A DNA stretch of 63,691 bases, counting the filler, from Octopus bimaculoides (Eukaryota): assembly GCF_001194135.2 (NCBI RefSeq). It is 9 parts of 7 records of this genome, joined end to end, with 100 filler letters (N's around TTAATTAATTAA, not from the genome) between each part and the next. Parts side by side here need not be neighbours in the genome. Positions count along the whole stretch, not along the records: positions 1 to 15,839 come from NC_068982.1; 8 more parts are not named here. One strand, given 5' to 3'. Positions 1 to 12,218 of this stretch are shown piece by piece. The notes under the pieces were generated by a model. The model saw nothing but the letters and a program-made list of their open reading frames with translations, was not told the origin of the DNA and did not search any database. Made by a program: the position numbers and the translations under genes. The first letter of the stretch is position 1; each line of letters begins with the position of its first letter.

Positions 1-102
1 GACGTAGCTTCTTAAGGCTAGCAGATCTATTTCGAGTGAGTGGCCCTTTGTGATTCGGTCGATAACCACTCTGGTTTGTGATCTGCCTTGTTATCATTAT
101 TA

Positions 103-139
<37 letters not shown>

Positions 140-183
140 GAGTGAGTGAGTGAGTGAGTGAGTGAGTGAGTGAGTGAGTGAGT

Positions 184-725
184 GAGAGAGCAGGGCATGC
201 GATCAAAGTGACACTGGGTTAAAATATATGAAGCCCAGTATATCCATCAGGACTACCCGTCTGATAAGGTACACCAGGCACATGAATGACATATGTGCGC
301 GATATAGTGACCTCATATTAAGATAAACAGTGTTGACCTTCCAGGTGGGGGCCTAGTTAGAATATCTTTCAGGTCGAGTAGCCCATCCCACTCAAAAGGT
401 CCTTGAATATGGGTTGTTTAAGGATGTTGAACAAAACACCCATGTTTCCAAAGGTGAATTATCCAAACCACAAAGAATTCTTCTCAACACATGACTATGA
501 TGCTCCCCCACTACTTCTGCTCGTGATCAGAGTTGCACATATCATCAGCCACGAAGGGATATATTCAATTGGTTAAGGTCAGACATCTGTCAAGCAAATC
601 TATGGTAGTGATCAGAATATTTGTTGTAGACCATCTTTTATACCAAGACAAAACAATGTACATAACACTTCTAATCAGTTAAGATCAGAAGCCATGAGAG
701 TCCCTACCTGGTACTGCAGCAGAGA

Positions 726-727
<2 letters not shown>
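184..727. mobile_element. ~540-bp non-coding interspersed repeat embedded between (TTA)n arrays
   Basis: Complex non-ORF block with (TTA)n plus (GTGA)n on the left and (TTA)n on the right. Recalled as a common octopus repeat; class and orientation unresolved. Confidence 0.5.
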
Positions 728-787
<60 letters not shown>

Positions 788-788
<1 letters not shown>

Positions 789-1046
789 TGTTCAGTAGCT
801 TTATTTTTATAATGTGCTTTCACTTCACTACCGAGCGCAGCTCTGTGTGCCTTGGGTATGTGCTGTGGTTTGCTGTGATGCTCTTATGGTTACTGTATTG
901 AAAGTGTTTTGCGTAGGATGTGTGCAGTGCCCAGTAGTGCAATTTTCTGTATATTATATATATTTGTAAGTCCTGGTGTTTTTGTTATGTATTTGTCTGA
1001 ATATTTTTTTATTATATCTAAGGCACCTATTACGATAGGAATTGAT
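788..1046 (-). mobile_element. R4/Dong-type LINE 3' end (RLE C-terminus, 3' UTR) abutting (TAA)n
   Basis: Minus strand encodes ...IPIVIGALDIIKKYSDKYITKTPGLTNIYNIQKIALLGTAHILRKTLSIQ*. Near-identical to 36700-36939. The tail is (TAA)n at 728-787. Confidence 0.85.
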
Positions 1047-1897
1047 NNNNNNNNNNNNNNNNNNNNNNNNNNNNNNNNNNNNNNNNNNNNNNNNNNNNNN
1101 NNNNNNNNNNNNNNNNNNNNNNNNNNNNNNNNNNNNNNNNNNNNNNNNNNNNNNNNNNNNNNNNNNNNNNNNNNNNNNNNNNNNNNNNNNNNNNNNNNNN
1201 NNNNNNNNNNNNNNNNNNNNNNNNNNNNNNNNNNNNNNNNNNNNNNNNNNNNNNNNNNNNNNNNNNNNNNNNNNNNNNNNNNNNNNNNNNNNNNNNNNNN
1301 NNNNNNNNNNNNNNNNNNNNNNNNNNNNNNNNNNNNNNNNNNNNNNNNNNNNNNNNNNNNNNNNNNNNNNNNNNNNNNNNNNNNNNNNNNNNNNNNNNNN
1401 NNNNNNNNNNNNNNNNNNNNNNNNNNNNNNNNNNNNNNNNNNNNNNNNNNNNNNNNNNNNNNNNNNNNNNNNNNNNNNNNNNNNNNNNNNNNNNNNNNNN
1501 NNNNNNNNNNNNNNNNNNNNNNNNNNNNNNNNNNNNNNNNNNNNNNNNNNNNNNNNNNNNNNNNNNNNNNNNNNNNNNNNNNNNNNNNNNNNNNNNNNNN
1601 NNNNNNNNNNNNNNNNNNNNNNNNNNNNNNNNNNNNNNNNNNNNNNNNNNNNNNNNNNNNNNNNNNNNNNNNNNNNNNNNNNNNNNNNNNNNNNNNNNNN
1701 NNNNNNNNNNNNNNNNNNNNNNNNNNNNNNNNNNNNNNNNNNNNNNNNNNNNNNNNNNNNNNNNNNNNNNNNNNNNNNNNNNNNNNNNNNNNNNNNNNNN
1801 NNNNNNNNNNNNNNNNNNNNNNNNNNNNNNNNNNNNNNNNNNNNNNNNNNNNNNNNNNNNNNNNNNNNNNNNNNNNNNNNNNNNNNNNNNNNNNNNN

Positions 1898-4110
1898 TCT
1901 TCTTCTTCTTCTTCTTCTTCTTCTTCTTCTTCTTCTTCTTCTTCTTCTTCTTCGTATTTATTAAGTAGTATGATTTCTTGTTTGTATTTGTCAGCTTCCT
2001 TAAATACTGAAAAGTTTTTTGTTTTGCTCGTGTTTTGTGGCTATTTGTATTAGTTTTCCTTGCTTCTGAAGTAGGTATTTTTGCAGTCCTACGGTAGTCA
2101 TTTTATAATAGTTTTCCAGCTGCATAAGACCCCTACCACTGTCTGTATGTTGTATATATATAGCCTTTCTATGTCAGATTTTGGGTGGTGCATCTTAGTT
2201 CCTGTCATTATTTTTCTTGTTTTCCTGTCTATTTTAGATAGTTCGTTAAGGATATTGTAGCTGTAACTTATAACTGGGACGGCTAAAGTGTTAATACCTA
2301 TTATCTTGTTTTTAGCATTGAGCTCTGTTTTTAGTATTGATCTAACTCGTCTATAGTACTCTTTCTTTATTTTTTCTTTCATTTGTTGTGTTGTATCCTA
2401 TCTAGTTCATTGATTCCTGAATATTTGTATGACTGGCTTTCGTCTAATTTTCTTATTTCATTGGCTTTATCTAGTGTAATGTTGCTACTCTTAACTAGTT
2501 TTCCTCTTCTCAGGGTTGCTTTGGCACATTTTTCTAATCCGAATTTCATATCTATATCCTTGGCAAATCCATGTATTGTCTGTAATAGTGTTTCCAGCTC
2601 TTTATCATTTCTAGCGTATAATTTTAGGTCATCCATATATAAAAGGTGGCTGACTGTTTTGCCGTAACATTTGTATTCGCATCCAGTTCTATTTAGCAAT
2701 TCAGTTTAAGGTGTAAGTGCCAGGCAGAACAGGAGTGGAGAGAGCGTGTCTCCCTGGAATATTCTCTTCTAATGGGGATGGCTTTCGTTTTCACTGTCTG
2801 CCATTTATTCATAGGGTGCCTTATGTATTTTATAATAATTGGTGCCACCTTCTTTATGGCTAGTGTTTCGAGGATCCACGTGTGGGGTACACTCTCGAAA
2901 GCCTTTCGGTAGTCGATCCAGGCCATACTGACGCTTTTCTTCTTTCTGCGGCTGTCTTCAGTTATGGCTTTATTGATCATTAATTGATCTTTACAGCTGT
3001 ATGAGCTCTTGAAGCATCCCTTCTGCTCTTCTGGAAACAGGTTGTTATTTTCCAGGTGCTTACTCAATCTCTGCAATATTATTGCAGTAAAGGCTTTATA
3101 GATTGTAGGGAGACAGGTTATAGGTCTGTAGTTTTGTGGTTTCTCCGTTTCCATGGATTTGGGAATTAAGATGGTTTTTCCCTTTCGTGAGCCATTGAGG
3201 CATTGTCTCTGGCTCTGCTAGTATGCATTCCTGTCAGGTAGTTTAACCAGAAGTTGGGGATCTTGTCGTGCCCAGGTGCTTTCCAGTTTCTAAGTCTTTG
3301 CAGTGCCTGGGTGACCTCTTCAGTTGTTATAGGGGTCCAGAGTTGCTCAGGTGCTAAGTTCGTTGTTTTAATGATCCTTTTCTGAGGTTGTTGCTTCACC
3401 GACCATATTTCTTTCCAAAATTCTTCTACTTCTTCTGCTATTGGTGCTGCAGTAATGTCTATTTTATTTTTACCCAGTTCTTGGTAGAATTTTTTGAGGT
3501 TGGATTTGAACTGTTTGTTTTGTTCAAAGAAACGTCGGCGTTTCTCATACCGGCGGATCCTTTGTGCTTTGGCAAGGATATCTTGCTTTAGTTTTTCTTT
3601 TGCCTCAGGTAAATCTTTTTCTGTAATGTTGTATTTGTACAGTATTTTTGTTTTCTTCTTGTTACTTAGTTGTGTTGATTGTCTACTAATTTCATTGAGA
3701 ATCGATAGATCTTTTCTCTTTTTTAAAATTTTGTTTTGGATATTATTTATCCACAAGGTCTGTTTAGGTTGTGGAACTCCTGTTCGAATGGGTTTGAGGG
3801 AGTATCCTGCTTCTTTTGTGGCTGCAGTGGCTGCCACATATATTATGTCATTTAGCTCAGTGATATTGCCAGTTGTTTCTGTGGCTGTTAGTTCCGTGAC
3901 GGCCAGGTTTATGTTATTTATTATTGATGTTGTTTTATTGTCTATTTTGATTTTTGGGAGATATAATCTGTGGTCCATTCTAAGATCTGTGGTTTTCAGT
4001 TCTTTGGTTATTCTCATTTTTATAGTATCATAATCATTAGGTTTCCCTTCGATACTCCCAGGTTTTTGATTTGTTTCGCCTTCCTTTTCATTCATATGTT
4101 TGTCTGTGGT
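1898..4110 (-). mobile_element. R4/Dong-type non-LTR retrotransposon, degenerate and internally deleted (N-terminal region plus RT)
   Basis: ORF pieces with RT motifs [66 protein letters not shown]. Frameshifts and stops. Probably the same copy as 788-1046 across the gap. Confidence 0.88.
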
Positions 4111-4773
4111 GTCCTAGGGTCGATTTGTTCGGCTAATGGTGATGCTCCAGCATGGCCGCAGTCGGGTGACTAAAACAAGTAAAGGAATAAAAGAATACTA
4201 ACAACATTTTAACCATTCATCTTTTCCCCATTTATTGTGCATTATATTTTCAATTTCTATTGTATTGTATAACACTAGGTAACAATCTTTTTAAAAATTC
4301 TATTACAGACACGTTAACTACTGATTCCTACCAAATTTCTGATGCTAATTTCAGATCTGATATCTAAATTTTTCTATCTCATCCGCTTCTATTATGAAAG
4401 CCGTCTAAGCTACTTTTCTTTGCCACGTTTTATGTTAAGCATACTTAAATAATTAGTCTTTTACCATTGTATTCGAATGGGTTTAAGGATGGTGACCTCT
4501 TCAAAAAAAAAAAACAAGTGTGGTGTGGTCATCACTGAAAGTCTTTTTGCTTTCTTTCTCTCTTCCCCTTTTTTCCTTTCTTTTTTCTTTCTTTTCTCTC
4601 TTTTCTTTCCTTCCCCTTTCTCTTTTCACCTTTTTTCTATTTCTTTTCTCTTCTTTCCTTCTTTTTCCGCTTTCTTTTTCTCCTAGAATACAAAATAGAA
4701 TCCAAAATGTACTGTCTTTTCTTTTCTTTCAAACATTCAATTTTAGAGAGAATTTTTTAATGAAATGTAGTTC

Positions 4774-4821
<48 letters not shown>

Positions 4822-5858
4822 CATGGTCATGCAGATAAGTTGGAACCAATTTCAAGCAGTTGACTTTGTGGGTTTAACATTTCATTTTTTGACAAAACCT
4901 TGCTTACTTGAAAATCTAATCCTTTTTATTTTTCAAATAAATGGCAAATTGACTCGACAACAGAAAGTCATGGAACAACAAAATCGTTCCACCATTGTTG
5001 TTCTGGCACGTGCGGGGTACGCGGCCAATAGAATTGTTAAGTTGACGAAACTTCCAAAACCGACAGTTTATCGTGTATATAAACAATTTAAAGAGAAGAG
5101 TCGAAGTGATTCCAAGTGATATGAAAGAACACAAGAGTCGAAGTGATTCTCACTGGCCTCAAACGCTCGACTGAAGCCAACCCATCCACATCAATGACAA
5201 TTCTTGCAAAGAAACGCAATGTGTCCCTTTCCACAGTGTCCAGAGCTGTGAACAGGAACCTTAGCATGACTAACTGTGTTCGGCAACACTGTCACCTCCT
5301 AACAGTCAAGGCAAAAGCAGCCAGAGCCTAGAGATGCCCAAATATTCTCTTATTCATCAAGCATCAATGTGCAAGAAAAACTTTCGTGTTTGTGAACGAG
5401 AAGTTCACTGTGGACGCTGAGGTGAATCGTAGAAATTCTCGAGTGATTGCATACAACCCTTCTGACATCCCCATTCTGTTTGAGACTAAGAATCTTGCCT
5501 CTGTGATAGTATTTGGAGCCGTGGCGAGTAATGGAAGTGACATGGATCCACATTTCATTGAGTCTGGCTTGAAGATCGGCACAAAGGAGTATCTGGACAT
5601 CCTGAAGAACTCTTTGTTACCTTATATGGAGCAGAAGTTTTGGATTGACAATGTAGTGCTTATCCAGCGTTCTGCACCATGCCATGGGTCAAAAGCAACA
5701 CAGGCTTTCTATGGCGAGATGGTGACGTTTTTTGTGAGGGCCAACGTCTGGCCTAGTAATAGCCCAGATCTCAACCTTCTCTGTTACGTTTAATGGAGCG
5801 TACTTCAAGCAAGGGCCAATGGTTCACCACACACGAGAGTTAACAGTTTGAAGATCTG
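4822..5858 (+). mobile_element. Tc1/mariner superfamily transposon, maT (DD37D)-type, inactive
   Basis: N-terminal HTH MEQQNRSTIVVLARAGYAANRIVKLTKLPKPTVYRVYK from 4970. Catalytic region VFVNEKFTVD...IQRSAPCH...WPSNSPDLNLLCY with exactly 37 residues between the second and third catalytic positions. No right TIR found. Confidence 0.75.
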
Positions 5859-6383
5859 ATATTTGACTAATCATTATATTTTGTATCTGTTCATTTGTCT
5901 CACTCGCTTACGTTCTGGCGTAAATTCAAGTGGGAGGAAGGTAAAGGACATACCGGAGTCCTTTACCCTCTCCTGCCCCCCACTAACTATCAAGCTAACT
6001 AACTCTTTTAATCTCCTTGATTGCAGAATTAATGTATTAATCTAATGGAAACGGTTTATATATATATATATNNNNNNNNNNNNNNNNNNNNNNNNNNNNN
6101 NNNNNNNNNNNNNNNNNNNNNNNNNNNNNNNNNNNNNNNNNNNNNNNNNNNNNNNNNNNNNNNNNNNNNNNNNNNNNNNNNNNNNNNNNNNNNNNNNNNN
6201 NNNNNNNNNNNNNNNNNNNNNNNNNNNNNNNNNNNNNNNNNNNNNNNNNNNNNNNNNNNNNNNNNNNNNNNNNNNNNNNNNNNNNNNNNNNNNNNNNNNN
6301 NNNNNNNNNNNNNNNNNNNNNNNNNNNNNNNNNNNNNNNNNNNNNNNNNNNNNNNNNNNNNNNNNNNNNNNNNNNNNNNNNNN

Positions 6384-6426
<43 letters not shown>

Positions 6427-6439
6427 GTATGCGTGTGTA

Positions 6440-6661
6440 TATGTTTGTGTGTCTGTGTTTGTCCTCCCAACATCGCTTGACAACCGATGTTGGTGTGTTT
6501 ACGTCCCCGTAACTTAGCGGTTCGGCAAAAGAGACCGATAGAATAAGTACTAGGCTTACAAAGAATAAGCCCTGGGGTCGATTTGCTCGACTAAAGGCGG
6601 TGCTCCAGCATGGTGCAGTCCAAATGACTGAAACAAGTAAAAGACTAAAAAGAGTAACGAG
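6440..6661 (+). mobile_element. SINE family B, 3' half
   Basis: Near-identical to 14720-14938. Preceded by (TA)n and a gap. Confidence 0.85.
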
Positions 6662-6807
6662 TATATATATACTCGTTACTCTTTTTAGTCTTTTACTTGT
6701 GTTCGTTTAAATATATATATAAGGAGAGAGAGAAAGAGAGGAAAGAGCAAACATACATCTCCACATTCATACATAAATACAGCTGTATATATATACGCAT
6801 ATATATT

Positions 6808-6880
<73 letters not shown>

Positions 6881-7198
6881 CCGTGTGTGTGCGTGTCTAC
6901 ATATCAGAACTTGATATATGCCACGAGTGGAGAATGAGAGTGTATACTGTGTATACGTGCACGTGTGCATGTTGCACGTGGTGGGGTGTAGCTGTCATTT
7001 AACATCTCGGTAGATATAATTTCACGTCTACAGTTGTTGAGATACAGCAAACAAATCACAAACAAAAACAACCAAGAAAATTAATAATCATAAAAAAGAA
7101 AGTAATAACCGCTGTAAAAACAATATTAAACAACTATAGCTACACTGAAGCCAACTCTTTCTCTCTCTCTCCCTCTCTCTCTATATATATATATATCT

Positions 7199-7299
<101 letters not shown>

Positions 7300-7999
7300 A
7301 CACACACACATACCCAGGCGCTTAGGAAAACAAGAAAAATATTGAATCAAAATATACATAAAAAAAGGAAAGCAAAAAGAACGGGGGAAAAAAAGAAGGA
7401 ATGAAGGAAAGGAAGAAATCAAGTGTAGGTATGTTGTTGGCAGCTTTAAAACACCTACAACGCAAGTTGTGTGTGTATCAATGTGCTTATATGTTCGTGT
7501 ATGTGAGTTGTGTTTTTCGTTGTATATGTGTTCGCATAAATGGTTATGGATATGTTTCTATATGTGTGCGTGTATATATATAAATCAACATAAGTAACAG
7601 GATGTCAAGTAGTAATGCAGTACGACCGTTTCAAGCGACTCCATTTAATTGAACAATGTAATCATTGCATCAATTTAAATACAGCGCTATCTGTACGAAA
7701 TATGGATTTTTCAAGAGACAAGATATATCAATATAATTTTTCTTAAATATTTTAACAAGGCAAGATGATGGAAGAATTTCATGTTGTCACTATTGCAGCA
7801 AGAATAGCTAAGAGAAGAACAAATTTACAATTTTTACAGTGGCATGGAACACAGCGGGGTTCATAGGGATATAATTCATCTCCAATTTATCTATCTGCTT
7901 ATCATCAACAAAAAAATCTATGACTGGAAGAGTGTGTACATTTAGAATAAAGAGCAAAGTGGCTGTTGGTTATAAATGTATACGTGTATGTTTATATAA

Positions 8000-8052
<53 letters not shown>

Positions 8053-8055
<3 letters not shown>

Positions 8056-8940
8056 GTAGTCTAATCAGTAAGTATCTGGAATGTTGCCATAGTAACGAGG
8101 TTAAAACATGCAGAGTGAAGCCGCTTGGCACAGATTGATCTTCAAATTTCCTGTGCATCAGCACTTAGTTTTTACGTTCTATCCCACTTACCCTGTTTAC
8201 AACAGGGCTTGGAAGGAACATATATAGCATGTGATCGTCGCATTGACCATGACAGAGGAAGTTGAGCAGTGAATCTGCATTAAATTTTGCCAAAAGCTTC
8301 GCAATACCTGCTCAGAAGATTACGCAAAGTTTTCAAGAGGCTTCCATCGTTCTCGACGCAGTGAAAGAGATCTTGTACAACTGAAACCCGAGTGTCCTTT
8401 TGCTCAACTGAAAGCAGTTGTGCCACAAACTTAGCAGACACGCGTCTCATACTCAAATCTTCAATGATAATAGAGTGAACTGAACCGCAACTAATTTGCA
8501 CATCCTCTGATAACTCACGGGTAGTGAGTCAACGATTTCCCTTCACAGATGCACGCACATCTGCAATGTTTTTTCTCAGTTCTGCTAGTCAAGGGTCTTC
8601 CAGAACGTTCATCACTGTCGACATTTTTTCGGCCATCTTGTAAACGTCTGAACCACTCGTACACTTGTGTGAAGCTCATACGCTCCTCTGCATACACTTT
8701 CTGCAACTTAGCGTATGCCCCTGAGCAGGCATCACCATGACAACTTACTCTGGCATGGTCAATGCGACAATCACACGCTACACACGTTCATCCAAGCACT
8801 GCTGTAAACAGTGGGAGTGAGTTAGAACGTTAAAACTCAGTGCGCATGCACAGCAGAGTCCAAGGTCAAGCTGTGCCATGCAGCTTCACTCTGCGTGCTT
8901 TAGCTTCGTTACTATGGCAACAGTCCCGATCAGACCTCGT
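8053..8940 (-). mobile_element. Mariner derivative with two 5' ends (copy 1); transposase N-terminal half on minus strand
   Basis: QVYEWFRRLQDGRKNVDSDERSGRP and MRRVSAKFVAQLL motifs. Ends are inverted copies of the TIR, 5' UTR and start codon region. TA at the left end. Confidence 0.88.
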
Positions 8941-9654
8941 TTTTATATATANNNNNNNNNNNNNNNNNNNNNNNNNNNNNNNNNNNNNNNNNNNNNNNNN
9001 NNNNNNNNNNNNNNNNNNNNNNNNNNNNNNNNNNNNNNNNNNNNNNNNNNNNNNNNNNNNNNNNNNNNNNNNNNNNNNNNNNNNNNNNNNNNNNNNNNNN
9101 NNNNNNNNNNNNNNNNNNNNNNNNNNNNNNNNNNNNNNNNNNNNNNNNNNNNNNNNNNNNNNNNNNNNNNNNNNNNNNNNNNNNNNNNNNNNNNNNNNNN
9201 NNNNNNNNNNNNNNNNNNNNNNNNNNNNNNNNNNNNNNNNNNNNNNNNNNNNNNNNNNNNNNNNNNNNNNNNNNNNNNNNNNNNNNNNNNNNNNNNNNNN
9301 NNNNNNNNNNNNNNNNNNNNNNNNNNNNNNNNNNNNNNNNNNNNNNNNNNNNNNNNNNNNNNNNNNNNNNNNNNNNNNNNNNNNNNNNNNNNNNNNNNNN
9401 NNNNNNNNNNNNNNNNNNNNNNNNNNNNNNNNNNNNNNNNNNNNNNNNNNNNNNNNNNNNNNNNNNNNNNNNNNNNNNNNNNNNNNNNNNNNNNNNNNNN
9501 NNNNNNNNNNNNNNNNNNNNNNNNNNNNNNNNNNNNNNNNNNNNNNNNNNNNNNNNNNNNNNNNNNNNNNNNNNNNNNNNNNNNNNNNNNNNNNNNNNNN
9601 NNNNNNNNNNNNNNNNNNNNNNNNNNNNNNNNNNNNNNNNNNNNNNNNNNNNNN

Positions 9655-9697
<43 letters not shown>

Positions 9698-9867
9698 TGC
9701 AAGAAAGTTAGAGGTTGTGAATCCAACCAAGGGATAATATCTATCCAATATACTGCTGGTAGAACACCCAATTATTAATACACAAGTGTTTTGTCATTGC
9801 ATGGCAATTACATTACTAAGTGCAATAACTGGTTGAAGGTAAAGAGTTATTTTACTATTAGTTTATA

Positions 9868-10356
9868 GAGCAATAAGAAAATGGAGGGAATCAATAGGTG
9901 GTATTCAATAGGTGGTATATAGACATTATATTATGTCAATTTATTTATTTACTAAAAGGATAATTATAACAATATACACCCATGTATGACATATTATGCC
10001 TTACATATAAAATATATAAAATATAAAATATCAGTAATTATTAAAATATATAACATATAGCAATAGTAATTGTCATAATATCTTACAGCTGTTTCAGCCA
10101 ACAGATAAAAATACCTCATTCTACCTTTATCCCTCCAGTGGACTAAAGTAATTAGTAGTAGAAATTCAGGTATTTAGATGTTTCTCTACGCTTCGTCAGA
10201 GATTTTAGAAAGTACAAAAGGTTAAGTAATAAATATAAATACACACACATATACATACTTTTACATATACATACATATACATAAATACATATACCTACAC
10301 TTAAATGTACATACATAAATGCATGTATGTGCATACAAATGAATCAAATATTATTA

Positions 10357-10413
<57 letters not shown>

Positions 10414-11477
10414 GATGCATTATATTATTCATATTAGATGCATTATATTATTCATATTAGATAAAATATAAAGAGAGGTATGAGTAAGTTGTAAGAGGAG
10501 TAATATGGTAATTTATAAAATCAATATTCTTAAAATTATTTTAGTTATGTAAGNNNNNNNNNNNNNNNNNNNNNNNNNNNNNNNNNNNNNNNNNNNNNNN
10601 NNNNNNNNNNNNNNNNNNNNNNNNNNNNNNNNNNNNNNNNNNNNNNNNNNNNNNNNNNNNNNNNNNNNNNNNNNNNNNNNNNNNNNNNNNNNNNNNNNNN
10701 NNNNNNNNNNNNNNNNNNNNNNNNNNNNNNNNNNNNNNNNNNNNNNNNNNNTATATATATATATATATATATCCGTACAAACATACTCACAGGTACATAC
10801 GTATTAGATGTGTTTAGAAGCGAGGACTAATACAATAGTTCGTATCATTATAATTATATAATATAATTATAACAATAATACACAAACTTATATATATTTT
10901 CATATTAACATGTGATATGCTTATTTCTCCGTTATTTTTTTTTTCTTTAAGGAGTAGTTGAACTCCTGCGGGACGTGGGGAGGGGTTATTTTTGTTCAGT
11001 CACGTAATCTAGTTGGTCATCTATTGTTTTGAAAGGCCTTGACTTTGTTAGGTATATGTATCTGTGCATATTTATGTATATGAATGTATATGTAAAAGTA
11101 TGCATATGTGTGTGTATTTATATTTATAACTTAATCTTATGTACTTTCTAAAATCTCTGACGAAGCCTAGAGAAACACCCAAAGTACCTCAATTTCATCT
11201 ACTAATTATTTCAGTCCACTGGAGGGATAAAGGTAGAATGAGGTATTTTTGCTTCTTGACTGAAACAGCTGTAAGATAATATCCCAATTTCTATTGCTAT
11301 ATGTTATATATTTTAATAATTACTGATATTTTATATTTTATATATTTTATATGTAAAGCATAATATATCATACATGAGTGTATATTGTTATAATTGTCCT
11401 TTTAGTAAATAAATAACTTGACATAATATTCTATAACTTGATGAATACCACCTATTGATTCCCTCCATTTTTTTATT

Positions 11478-11483
<6 letters not shown>
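9868..11483. repeat. Foldback/long-TIR element: inverted arms ~9868-10295 and ~11051-11483
   Basis: ATGGAGGGAATCAATAGGTGGTATTCA...CATTCTACCTTTATCCCTCCAGTGGAC...GCTTCGTCAGAGATTTTAGAAAGTAC on the left is matched as reverse complement on the right over ~430 bp. Confidence 0.9.
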
Positions 11484-11522
<39 letters not shown>

Positions 11523-11539
11523 ATATATATGTATATATA

Positions 11540-11745
11540 CTTTTATTCTTTTACTTGCCTCAGTAATTTGACTGCGACCATGCTGGAGCACCGTCTTGAA
11601 GGGTTTTGGTCGAATAAATCGACTCAAGACTATTTTTAAAGTCTTGTACTTATCAATATATTTTGTCGAACCGCTGGATTACGGGGACGTAAACATACCA
11701 ACACCGGTTGTCAAGCGGTGATTTTGGAATAAACACAGACACAAA

Positions 11746-11760
<15 letters not shown>
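11540..11760 (-). mobile_element. SINE family B, 3' half
   Basis: Reverse complement of the 14720-14938 sequence, followed by (CA)n. Confidence 0.8.
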
Positions 11761-11792
<32 letters not shown>

Positions 11793-11795
<3 letters not shown>

Positions 11796-12218
11796 GGTAT
11801 CCGCAATTTGCAATAAAGAAATAACATGGTTAGACTAAGAAGTTTTCAGAAAATATATGGATTACATCAGAAGATACTGTAGCAATATAGGCAATCAATT
11901 TCATTTACTACAGTTATGATAAATGTTCAAATTGTAAGCCATTAGCTTCAACGCATTGTTGACAACGTGAAAGCACACTGTGACAAACTTTGGTACACAA
12001 GTCTGGATCAAGGTTAGTAAAAATACATTAATAATGAACTGCGGAAGATCTTCAATACTTCTTGGCTTCCTTGACTTACAAATTGTTTGTGATCAGGATC
12101 ATCCACCAGAAGTCCGTGAATTAGGCGTGGAATGTAAGGTTTCATATTGAGTTTTCTAAGTATTTTATGCAGTGATGTGCATTTCATACCAATTTCAGAA
12201 CTACCACGGCGAATTGAT
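11793..12218 (-). mobile_element. Tc1/mariner transposon remnant with the catalytic core deleted
   Basis: SIRRGSSEIGMKCTSLHKILRKLNMKPYIPRLIHGL is joined almost directly to the C-terminus KPRSIEDLPQFIIN..LDPDLCTKVCHSVLSRCQQCVEANGLQFEHLS*. TIR-like end near 11793. Confidence 0.7.

Noticed and set aside
500-560. CTGATGA hammerhead core on the minus strand of the 184-727 repeat
   Set aside because: No stem II followed by GAAA at a plausible distance.
909-1968. Long ORFs spanning N-runs (also 8840, 18759, 41163, 59042 and others)
   Set aside because: Artefacts of translating gaps as X.
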